A DNA stretch of 41,095 bases from a virus (taxonomy: Duplodnaviria; Caudoviricetes), in IMG/VR virus record IMGVR_UViG_3300048630_000450, positions 1 through 41,095 of that record, one strand, 5' to 3'. The notes under the pieces are model-generated. The model saw only the letters and a list, made by a program, of their open reading frames with translations. It searched no databases and had not been told where the DNA came from. Made by a program: the position numbers and the translations under genes. Shown piece by piece: positions 1 to 8,790 of this stretch; position 1 is the first letter of the stretch, and each line of letters begins with the position of its first letter.

Positions 1-2
1 AA

Positions 3-110
3 TTGTTGCAGCATTTAATTCGAGTAGATATTATTAAGAAACGTCAATCATTGGTAGACGACGTTCGTCGACCTATTCCAGTTTATGATCCAACAGTTTC
101 GGTAGTCTGA
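3..110 (+). CDS. 3' end of an upstream gene (partial, hypothetical)
   Basis: Frame is open from the window edge (LLQHLIRVDIIKKRQ...VSVV) to TGA 108-110, which overlaps the next ATG (TGATG coupling). Confidence 0.6.
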   Translation: MLQHLIRVDIIKKRQSLVDDVRRPIPVYDPTVSVV

Positions 111-3100
111 TGCGTGCAATCCATGTGGCCGATTATTATGACGACAGGGTTTACTTCCTCGTCGATAAAGAAGAGGATCATGACGGTGTCATTATTCGAC
201 CGGGTCAAGAACCTTTCTTCATGGATCTTTTCTCTTACATGATGAAAGTTTCCGGAGACAAGGGTTGGAAAGAAATCACCAACACTAAATTCCATGACTT
301 CTTATGGTACGGACGAGACGGAGCACTCGAAAAGCGTTGGCATAGGGTGTTTCGGGAGCACAGCATTGAGCCACGCAAGGAACTCCTACTAAGTGTTTCT
401 GTTGTTACGAATTTTCCCGAACATCAGAAGCGCAAGAAGGCCAGCGAGAAGCGCAGCAACCGGGCTTCGGAATTCAAGAGCCTTCTGGCGGCGGGTCTCC
501 ACGAGAAGGCACTCGGCCGGGGAATCGGCAGGGCTGGGCGGCGCCTTGCCCGGGGAGGCAAGTTCGACCCCACTCCCATTGACGCTGACTTGGACATGAT
601 CGTTCAGGAAGGCACTCCCTGGGAACGTCCAGCACTTCCGGGTGTGCCCGATTCGCCTCGACGAATGGCGCGTCGCGCTCGGCAACAGGGTCTTCAAAGC
701 CGCAGAGACGATAGCGGTAGTGGCGTTGAGCGTGGATGGAAAACGCGTGACGGAAAAGGTTGGAGAGAATTCCATAAGGATCCAGATCGCTATGTCGATA
801 TCAGTCCCAAAGAAGCACGGCGGATATTGGAAGCCGAACACAGGGCGGTCGAGAAGGCGTACAGCGGTGGGGAGCCGATCCGTACCCGTGGCGAGTTGCA
901 GGCAGCCCTCGTAAAAGCCCATCCCGGATTCGAGCCCGGAGAGGGATCAGATTTCGACGCCATGGGGTGGGCCTCTCTTGGGACCGGTCCCCTCGTCACA
1001 CTCGAACAAAACAGAAACACCGAATTGGCTCCGATAGAAAGAGAAGTCGGTTATGCGCTCTTAGAACACTTGCGTCTCAACCCGAACCTTCAGGATGCAA
1101 ACCTGCAAGTCCACAGTTTTAGATCCCGAGACGAACATGACCTTACACAGGTCAGCATGGACGCAGACGGATGGGCAATGTACACGCCTGGAACACTATT
1201 CGACTTTGATCAGAACGGCGAACTGATCATCAAAGAAGACGAAAAACCAACAATCGAAATCGCCTACAAGGGAGATACCCCTCTGGCCGAAAACGACCAC
1301 AGGCGAAACCATCCGGATAGAAAGTCCCCTCTGGCTTCCCACATGAAAACCGGAAAACACTACTGGGACGCCACCCTGGACAGTCCCTTCAGCCCACGAG
1401 CAGACCCAAAACAATCCGCTAGCGGCGGCATGGACATGATGGCCAGACGCGTCTACATGAGTTTTATGGCCGAACTAGACGATCCACACATGGTGGATAG
1501 CGACCAGGGATGGGAACTCGACCCAACAGACAACTGGTACACCCCACATTCCATTGAAGGCGTTCAAGACCCCCGGCTGGGAGGACATGTAGGCAGACCC
1601 GTAGCAACCCGACGCAGCAGAAAAGTCAGAAAACAGCACGAAGAAGCAACGCGACACGCCTCAGCCAACGTCGCACACCACGAATTCTCTCACGCAGACC
1701 ACTACATGGCAATGCGTAAAGATCTCATTGCGGCCATCAAGAAACACGTTGGCGAAGGCGGAACCACCATGGAGGGCCTGGAGCAATTCGTCAGGGAGCA
1801 ACTGGTCTCCAACATGACCGACAGGCAGAAGAGGCGCGCCCTGGAAGCCGTTGTGTCGGAGCGCCTGGCCAACATATTTCCGAAGTATGTGGCACACGTC
1901 AATGCCATCAAAAGAGTGTCCCTCACAGGCATCGCTAAACCTGAATTCTTCTTGACCGATCCCAGCCCCGACCCCGCCGACCTACAGGGGATGCGAGACC
2001 GCAGTCGAGAATCTCTGGAAGGTCTTGTTGAACATTTCAAGCAACCGATCATGGGAGCAGATGGCGAACCAATTCTCATTACGGACGACATCGCCGATTT
2101 CCTCAACAGCCATCCGGTATTCACCAGTTCGAGCCTGGAAGGTCTTTCCGATCTTGATCCGGAAGACCTCTACCCGATGATCGATCGTGATGCTCGTCCG
2201 GGCGAGCCAGTGAGCGCCGGAGAGCCGCTAACACGCCAACACTTACTCAACGTATTCGGTTCTGAACATGCCTATATGGACAACCACGGCGACCCATGGG
2301 CCGGACTAGATACCGACGCGATGCCGCAAAGAACTCCGCTGTGGGCACTCATAATGTTCCACGGGTCACCCGGCAAGCGTGGACAATTCGGCGGCAGTTT
2401 TGTCCAACCCCTGTCCGGACGATCCCTGGTAACCGTTTCGCAACATCAACTACAGGGCGCCTCGCCCGCCGGCATAGGTACATTAAACAACTTCACTTAT
2501 ATGCCAGATGCGTTTGAAATAATGCTCGAGCACGGAACACCCGAAATAAATATGTTCGGCGTGATCGGTGACGACGCCGAAATGGAGAGGGCGGCAATCA
2601 TTCCTGCACTCAGCCCTGAGGGCGTTCGTGTTCTCGTCGATGCCATGGCTCGGACGACAGGTCAAATCCCCCGCTCGTGGTTCACGCCGGCCTCGACAAT
2701 CGACATGCGGGATGCAGGAAAGGCTCTGGCGGACATTCCACCCGATACAACACCCGAGTTAGGCAAGGGGCGTAACGTGCTGCCCTACTTGGATGAGGAT
2801 CTACCAGCAGAAGAAGTGGGCGAGGCACTACAGGAACTCCTAGAACACTGGATGAAAAAAGTCATAAACACGGCAAGAAGTGCAACCCCTGGTGGCAATC
2901 AGAGAGAAATCAGACTCGACTACGTTGCTCAGTGGCTAGAAGTCGTTGGCAGATCGGCATTCCATTTCGACGATCTGAACGAAGCAGAGATTGATGGGAT
3001 AATGGATCTGCTAGACGACATCGGTATTGAATCGACCCTGTCCGGGGGGCGCACGGTGAGTTGGGCTCCCTATATGGGATGGGTTGACCAAAGACCACAA

Positions 3101-3436
3101 ATCGCTCCCGGGATGATGCCACTAATCAATGGAATGAGTGCTCGCCATCATGAGTTCTTTGCGGAACTCGGTGCAGCGCTTTCTTCGGGACTCACCATTA
3201 GGCCTCCCGTAGACTCCGTGCAACATACTGCATTGAAGAAAGTAACTGCGTGGCTAAGGCGCAACCAGCCATTCACCGCAAAGGTTAATATAGATACAAG
3301 CGGAAGAGCGTTCACTGACATTAGTAGAATTCACCTACCTCGTGACGACTACCTCCGCAGGGAAGAGTTGCTCCGACAGAGCCTTGAGATGGAACGACTG
3401 GCACGAAATACGACGAAGCAGGAACCACATGGCTGA
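110..3436 (+). CDS. Polyvalent protein 1 (1108 aa) with zincin metallopeptidase motifs
   Basis: Long ORF with HHEFSH (HExxH, ~1676-1693) and a distal HHEFFAE (~3146-3166). Carries the shared KALGR..DADLDMIVQEGTPWERPALP motif and one GLQSRR linker. Confidence 0.8.
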   Translation: MRAIHVADYYDDRVYFLVDKEEDHDGVIIRPGQEPFFMDLFSYMMKVSGDKGWKEITNTKFHDFLWYGRDGALEKRWHRVFREHSIEPRKELLLSVSVVTNFPEHQKRKKASEKRSNRASEFKSLLAAGLHEKALGRGIGRAGRRLARGGKFDPTPIDADLDMIVQEGTPWERPALPGVPDSPRRMARRARQQGLQSRRDDSGSGVERGWKTRDGKGWREFHKDPDRYVDISPKEARRILEAEHRAVEKAYSGGEPIRTRGELQAALVKAHPGFEPGEGSDFDAMGWASLGTGPLVTLEQNRNTELAPIEREVGYALLEHLRLNPNLQDANLQVHSFRSRDEHDLTQVSMDADGWAMYTPGTLFDFDQNGELIIKEDEKPTIEIAYKGDTPLAENDHRRNHPDRKSPLASHMKTGKHYWDATLDSPFSPRADPKQSASGGMDMMARRVYMSFMAELDDPHMVDSDQGWELDPTDNWYTPHSIEGVQDPRLGGHVGRPVATRRSRKVRKQHEEATRHASANVAHHEFSHADHYMAMRKDLIAAIKKHVGEGGTTMEGLEQFVREQLVSNMTDRQKRRALEAVVSERLANIFPKYVAHVNAIKRVSLTGIAKPEFFLTDPSPDPADLQGMRDRSRESLEGLVEHFKQPIMGADGEPILITDDIADFLNSHPVFTSSSLEGLSDLDPEDLYPMIDRDARPGEPVSAGEPLTRQHLLNVFGSEHAYMDNHGDPWAGLDTDAMPQRTPLWALIMFHGSPGKRGQFGGSFVQPLSGRSLVTVSQHQLQGASPAGIGTLNNFTYMPDAFEIMLEHGTPEINMFGVIGDDAEMERAAIIPALSPEGVRVLVDAMARTTGQIPRSWFTPASTIDMRDAGKALADIPPDTTPELGKGRNVLPYLDEDLPAEEVGEALQELLEHWMKKVINTARSATPGGNQREIRLDYVAQWLEVVGRSAFHFDDLNEAEIDGIMDLLDDIGIESTLSGGRTVSWAPYMGWVDQRPQIAPGMMPLINGMSARHHEFFAELGAALSSGLTIRPPVDSVQHTALKKVTAWLRRNQPFTAKVNIDTSGRAFTDISRIHLPRDDYLRREELLRQSLEMERLARNTTKQEPHG

Positions 3437-3728
3437 CGAACGGTGGCTCGCCAGGCGAAAGGAATTGTTTGGCGATGACATCATTGAGCAGAGCGATGAG
3501 GAAAGCGTTGATGAATTCATTGGACGCATACGGGAACTGGAGACAGGTAGTGACCCCCATCACGAGAAACGACGCACCCTCATAGAAGAGGCTACATTCG
3601 CTGTGGGCAATCCGACACTTAAACTTGACTTTAGAGATTCACAAGATGCTGCCCTATGGAATATGCGTCATTCACTCGGACTTACCCCAATGATTCGCAG
3701 ATTAATAAGCGGGCGTAATGGAAACTGA
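3429..3728 (+). CDS. Small acidic hypothetical protein (99 aa), possible partner or immunity protein
   Basis: ATG 3429 overlaps the end of the upstream ORF; the stop overlaps the next gene. Confidence 0.65.
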   Translation: MADERWLARRKELFGDDIIEQSDEESVDEFIGRIRELETGSDPHHEKRRTLIEEATFAVGNPTLKLDFRDSQDAALWNMRHSLGLTPMIRRLISGRNGN

Positions 3729-4380
3729 TAACGATTATCAGATCAAGGGACCGCAGGATATTCTGCTGGACCTCCCACAGGAACGTCTCACATCCATTAC
3801 CCGTGGCCGTGGGCCTCGTCGTGGAAACCTGGAACGGCTCCTTCGTTACTGGCGGCCGATCATGAGAAAGGGCGGCGGGTTCACACGTTGCCGAGTCATC
3901 CTTGCCAATCACCCCGAGTTGTATCCGCTGGAAAGAATCTGCGCGTGGCTTCATCACGAGACCACCGGCAAATGGCCCAACGAAGGATGTCATCACCCGG
4001 GTATGAAGAACTGTAAGGGGAAACTTCGGAAGTTGGGATGGACGGACGAGGAGTGGGGAAAGCGGATGCGTAAACGCTTCAAGAAGCGCGTCAAAAAAGG
4101 AAAGAAGGATGCCTTCGGCGACGAATTTGTTTATGAAGAAGATTTCTTCTTCGGGGATTTCCTAGAGGTCAAAGATTCGCTGGGTGGTAGGAACTATAAT
4201 CCAGTAGTAACCGATGCTGATTTTAAGCATGCTTCGGGCGTGCTTCGCGACTTCGTAGACATGGAATCCGACTTCGTTTCTTATCTCAGAGAATATGAGA
4301 ATTGGGAATTAGAGGGAGAAGATGAAGTTGGCGGTTTGGTGAGTGTGAATTTCTCTCCTGGCGATTGCGGATGTGAGTAA
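3718..4380 (+). CDS. Phage head-module-associated hypothetical protein (220 aa)
   Basis: GNLERLLRYW...FTRC...CAWLHHETTGKWP resembles a Cys/His motif I recall from actinophage head-region proteins. Translationally coupled on both sides. Confidence 0.7.
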   Translation: METDNDYQIKGPQDILLDLPQERLTSITRGRGPRRGNLERLLRYWRPIMRKGGGFTRCRVILANHPELYPLERICAWLHHETTGKWPNEGCHHPGMKNCKGKLRKLGWTDEEWGKRMRKRFKKRVKKGKKDAFGDEFVYEEDFFFGDFLEVKDSLGGRNYNPVVTDADFKHASGVLRDFVDMESDFVSYLREYENWELEGEDEVGGLVSVNFSPGDCGCE

Positions 4381-6356
4381 TGGAACTTAGTTACACCTAC
4401 ACGAAGGACGCATCTTGCTGCCCTGGTGAAGACGTAACCATCACCGTAAAACGAGTTATTGTTGCCGACCTCTCCAAGCCACGGCCCTCCGGATTCATCT
4501 GTGGTCATCGTGCCGACATCGAGTCGGTCATCAATTACAAAGCGTTGTCGAAGCGGAACGGAAACACTCGCCAATACAGCGTGAAGCGAGTTGGCCTGGT
4601 CGGCGCTCGCAGTCGGCTTGGACAATCCGTGCAGGCTGTTGGCTCCATGCTCACGCCCGGCAACATCAGCCGAGTCCGCAGTCCGGTGAGATCCAGACTT
4701 TATTCAGCACTAACTCCCGGCATGGGAGGTTTGCCAGGCCGTGGCATTCGTGGACGGGAGCGGTCCTACCGCTGCCCAGAGGGCTACCAGTTCGGGGGAC
4801 GTTTTACCGACTCCCAACTTTCTACCTGTGGCCAGCAATTGTTTGACTTCCCCAGCATTCTTGGTGAAACCATCGCAGCCATCCGCCGCTCTCAGAGGGG
4901 GGTGGGGTCACAGGCGGTCAAGCCAGCAGCGTTGGGCCGTGGACGCGACATCGCGGATCAACGCGAGAGGCGTGATCCAAACAGGACCATTCCCCGAGTC
5001 GGCCCTGCCAACAGGCAACTCCAGAGACAAAAAGTTCAACAATTGATTCCCCAGATGGGTAAACCAGATATTCAAGCCCACCGCATGATTCGTCGAGACG
5101 GATTCGATCTGGAACCAGTTGTCACGCCAGCGGTACTGAGAACCATTCCCGACAGCAGGGACATGGAGGGTGCGACTTACCTGATGAACATTGCGCCAGA
5201 AGGAATTGGCGGAGAGGAACTTGGTCTACTGTCGAATACTGGTGTTACCAATCTGACCTATGTGCGGGATGACGGCACAAGCGTGTCGATAGCCAAGGTG
5301 AGAGAACTCACTGTCGGTGAACGAAGGAAACTCGGCCGCACGGTCAACGCCGCAATGAAGCGGGAGGCTGGAGACGACGAACTGTCTCGGCTCCAGTATG
5401 TTTCTGAGGAAACGGGTGATGGTATTCAGGTGACTGAAGGTGGCGCTGCTCGGGCACCTCGGCCAAGCGCCGCAGGGGTAACGGAACGCGCTCCAAGAGA
5501 AATACCAGACGCACCAGAGGCGCCCGAAGCACCAGAATCAGACAAGATCACCAGCGTTGACGAAGCGTTGGCCCATATCGCGCAGGGTGGCAACCTGTCA
5601 GATATTGCTCCTTCTATTCTCGAAGAGGTTTTGCGAGAGAAGAATGCTTTGGAGGTAACAAAGAAACTGGTTACAACTCCACAAAAACGGCAATACATTA
5701 TTAGGAATTCAAAAAATAACTTCGAACATCTCCACGCTTCTTTTGCTTCCGAAGTACAACATCACCTGGGTCTTACTTCTCCAGATGTTGCGTTTGTCGG
5801 CAAAGGAGATAAGCGCCGCTACCTGCTACAGGATGCAGCCTCGACATTAGATGGTGCAACGGTGGATAGACGAAAAACGGTTAATAACGCATCCCCGCGA
5901 GAGATGACGGCTATGTTGATCGCAGATATTCTAACTGGAATCAACAAGAGGCTACCAACATCCCTTTCGACAGTTAGCAGCAAAGATAAAACGCGATTGG
6001 TTGCAGCAAACAATCCCTCAGATTTAGTTCCGTTAGATAAACTTGAGATCAGGAAGGCTGCGCAACAGCGGATAGAAGAGATGCGCTCCCTGCTGCCGGA
6101 AGGTATTTACGGCAAGTATTTCGACTCCCTTCAAGCAGAGCAGCAGAAACTCGTCCAGACACAGATGACCAGATTGATTCAACGTGCAGAAACATTTGAC
6201 GCTAGTGCATTCCGTCAGAGCCTCAGTAGAAATGGTGAACTGTCTCCCGCCGAAAAGGCTCACCTTGCAATCATCGAAACCATTTTTGACACCCGGCTTG
6301 GCATCCTAAGGAACAGCCTTAAGCGCATCATCACTATGGTCGGAGGAGGACAGTGA
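4380..6356 (+). CDS. 658-aa protein with RCPxGxxxGGRFTD..CG motif and a degenerate C-terminal HipA/PI3K-like kinase fold
   Basis: TAATG coupling. FASEVQHHLGLTSPDV...MLIADILTGINKRLPTSL lines up by eye with HipA-like ExLAxxLxxxLGLxxP...DxLxxNxDRhxxN, but the catalytic residues are replaced. Confidence 0.65.
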   Translation: MELSYTYTKDASCCPGEDVTITVKRVIVADLSKPRPSGFICGHRADIESVINYKALSKRNGNTRQYSVKRVGLVGARSRLGQSVQAVGSMLTPGNISRVRSPVRSRLYSALTPGMGGLPGRGIRGRERSYRCPEGYQFGGRFTDSQLSTCGQQLFDFPSILGETIAAIRRSQRGVGSQAVKPAALGRGRDIADQRERRDPNRTIPRVGPANRQLQRQKVQQLIPQMGKPDIQAHRMIRRDGFDLEPVVTPAVLRTIPDSRDMEGATYLMNIAPEGIGGEELGLLSNTGVTNLTYVRDDGTSVSIAKVRELTVGERRKLGRTVNAAMKREAGDDELSRLQYVSEETGDGIQVTEGGAARAPRPSAAGVTERAPREIPDAPEAPEAPESDKITSVDEALAHIAQGGNLSDIAPSILEEVLREKNALEVTKKLVTTPQKRQYIIRNSKNNFEHLHASFASEVQHHLGLTSPDVAFVGKGDKRRYLLQDAASTLDGATVDRRKTVNNASPREMTAMLIADILTGINKRLPTSLSTVSSKDKTRLVAANNPSDLVPLDKLEIRKAAQQRIEEMRSLLPEGIYGKYFDSLQAEQQKLVQTQMTRLIQRAETFDASAFRQSLSRNGELSPAEKAHLAIIETIFDTRLGILRNSLKRIITMVGGGQ

Positions 6357-8593
6357 AATACTACGCAGTAGTCACTGACACCATCCGTGATGAGCCATTC
6401 GGTCTTGTTGTCAGAAACGGTTCGGGTTCCGTTTGTTACGGATTCCACGCTGCAGGGTCTGAATGGGCCGACCTGTACAACGCCGGTGAAATCAAAACTC
6501 TCGAAGAGGGATTGCCGTCTGAGGTGGAACTGGGACATTTCGGACCCCTACACTTCGATGTCGAAGACATGCTGGAAAAATCTCCCGAAACAATCCCCAC
6601 GCCCGAAATACTGACTCTCATTGAATCTGAGTGGCTACCCAACAACTCCACTGGGGTTGGACTTGCCCATGTCCCGTTAGTGGATGTTTCTAAGAAATCA
6701 CGTCAACTTGCCCTCGACTACAAAGCACACGCCTTTTTGATTGATTCACGTCATTCTAGTTTGCTTCTAAAGGCTCGTCTATCTGGGAACAGCCTTGTCC
6801 CGGATGATTCCCATACCCGCAGGACGGCAAAGGAACTGCTCCAGACCAAGATTTTTATTCTGACCCAGCCCTATCGTCACGATGATGCGATCTCCGAAGA
6901 GGAGATGCGAACCAAAGCGTTGGGTCGCCAGATTGGCCGTGGGGCTCGTCGTGCCCGACGCATCGGAAGGGCGGCTGGTCGCAGTGCGGCTGGATTTGAT
7001 CCCAATGCCAGAGACGCCGATCTCGACATGCTCGTTCAGGAGGGCACCGTCTATGAGCGTCCAGCGTTACCGGGAAAGCCGGATCTTCCCGGCGCTCCCC
7101 GAACCGCTCGCCGTACCCCTGCTGATCGTGACCGTTCGGCCAGGAGAATGCGACAGGGGCAGGGTCTCAGTTCCAGCCGATCCGATGCCTACTACCAGCC
7201 AGACGATGACCCAGAGTACGAAAAAGAGTACGAACGCCAGTGGGACCGTTTCCGTAGTGCAATGCAAGACTGGACGTTGGACGAGTTGACTGATGAACTT
7301 CCACAGGATGGTTGGAGCAAACTACAAGATTTCCAAGCCACCCTTGATGAAGATGAACTGGAGGCACAACTCGATAAGCCGATCAAAGATCTTCCCGAGG
7401 CATGGCAGAAAGCCATTAGGGACCTCTCTGAGGCTGCCTTCAATGGCGATCCTGACGCACTTATGGAGATGGACGGGTTGCGTCGTGGTCCCGGACCTCC
7501 TGATCCGTATGACGTACAGCAAGAACGACGGATGGAAGGTTTGGCCTCCCGGCGTGAAGGCCTGCGCTCCTTCCGTGAATTTGACCGCAGAGTACGCGAG
7601 TTCTCACCTAAAGAGCGTGAACGTGCCAGCCGAGAGGTTAGCGAGGAGTGGGAAAGAATAGTCCAAGCACTCATGTCCGATGATCCGACGATGCCCGAGC
7701 GGTGGCGTGGTCTGTCCAGGCAAGAGGCAATTGAAGAAGTCCGGCGCCTCGGGATGAATGATCGAGCAATGGGCTACAACGACCTATTTGGTCTCAGAGA
7801 AATCGTCGCAAAAAAACATAGATCGTCTTATGGCCTGCGCTCCCAGCGAGATCCCGGTATGAACATCAACATGGATTGGGACATTCGTGATCCTGATGAC
7901 CGGAGGGACTGGCACGAATCAGAGATGGGTCCAGGTCGGGATGCGGTCGGCAAGATACAGACCGACAACGTCAACGTGGAGATTGTTTCCGAAGCAGATG
8001 TCATGGGCGAGGGTGAAGGCTTCATGGTGTCCGGCTATTACCGCGACATTGATGGGACTTTCGGCAATCAGGCTGAATGGTTTTATGACCTAGAGGTATT
8101 CGATACACCCGAAGAAGCAGCCGCATGGGTTGACTCTCTTGACAGGTCCATAGACGACGATGTCGGTTATGACGATTGGAATCCGCCCGAGCGCGGCCTG
8201 GCCTCCGTGCGCGGTTTCTCGAGTGCGGCCGAGATGGGCGATGCGGTGCAGCAAGCCAGACGGGGACCCGATCGGCGTGACCGGAGCACTCCCGATCCCA
8301 TGTGGCAGGGACCAGACGGAGACCCCTACAGCAGGGAACAGCAGGAAGAAGTTTGGCAAGACCAAGTAAATGAGATCATGGATGCGCAAGGTCTGTCGGA
8401 AGAAGACGCAATTGAAGAACTTGCCGTCAACCCCCCCCAAGGCTTCCGTTCAGAGCGTGGAGGCCTGGCCTCCTTCCGCGAATTTGACCGCGCAGTACGC
8501 GAGAACGCACCTTATGACTCACCAGAGAGTCGTCGTCACAGACGAGAGACTAGCGAGGAGTGGAAAAGGCTAGTCGAATTCATCATGGACTAG
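6353..8593 (+). CDS. Polyvalent protein 2, N-terminal part (746 aa)
   Basis: GGAGGA RBS with GTG start. Has the shared KALGR..DADLDMLVQEGTVYERPALP motif and seven G[LF]xSxR linkers. Ends at a TAG that is in frame with the next ORF. Confidence 0.8.
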   Translation: MKYYAVVTDTIRDEPFGLVVRNGSGSVCYGFHAAGSEWADLYNAGEIKTLEEGLPSEVELGHFGPLHFDVEDMLEKSPETIPTPEILTLIESEWLPNNSTGVGLAHVPLVDVSKKSRQLALDYKAHAFLIDSRHSSLLLKARLSGNSLVPDDSHTRRTAKELLQTKIFILTQPYRHDDAISEEEMRTKALGRQIGRGARRARRIGRAAGRSAAGFDPNARDADLDMLVQEGTVYERPALPGKPDLPGAPRTARRTPADRDRSARRMRQGQGLSSSRSDAYYQPDDDPEYEKEYERQWDRFRSAMQDWTLDELTDELPQDGWSKLQDFQATLDEDELEAQLDKPIKDLPEAWQKAIRDLSEAAFNGDPDALMEMDGLRRGPGPPDPYDVQQERRMEGLASRREGLRSFREFDRRVREFSPKERERASREVSEEWERIVQALMSDDPTMPERWRGLSRQEAIEEVRRLGMNDRAMGYNDLFGLREIVAKKHRSSYGLRSQRDPGMNINMDWDIRDPDDRRDWHESEMGPGRDAVGKIQTDNVNVEIVSEADVMGEGEGFMVSGYYRDIDGTFGNQAEWFYDLEVFDTPEEAAAWVDSLDRSIDDDVGYDDWNPPERGLASVRGFSSAAEMGDAVQQARRGPDRRDRSTPDPMWQGPDGDPYSREQQEEVWQDQVNEIMDAQGLSEEDAIEELAVNPPQGFRSERGGLASFREFDRAVRENAPYDSPESRRHRRETSEEWKRLVEFIMD

Positions 8594-8790
8594 CACCAGC
8601 AGCGGGCTGACCTCATGGCGCGACTCTACCCGGAGCAAAGCCCTGAAGATCACGCCCCATCGCAAAGAGTCCTGTCCAGGGAAGAGGCAATTGAAGAACT
8701 TCGAAGACGTGCCATGATCTCCCGGATCCTCCCCGGTGGCGGCGGCATAGCAGAACTTAGAAAAAGGACCTCAGAAAAATATAGATCGGA
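7559..8790 (+). repeat. Diverged duplicated module (copy 1 ~7559-7825, copy 2 ~8462-8790)
   Basis: GLxSFREFDRxVRE..SEEWxRxV..LSRxEAIEExRR..KxRS occurs twice, with DNA-level similarity (e.g. tccttccgYgaatttgaccgc; ctgtccaggSaagaggcaattgaagaa). Confidence 0.85.

Noticed and set aside
8591-8593. Genome-wide TAG recoding
   Set aside because: The capsid, nuclease, RNR and ssb genes end at TAG exactly at their expected C-termini.
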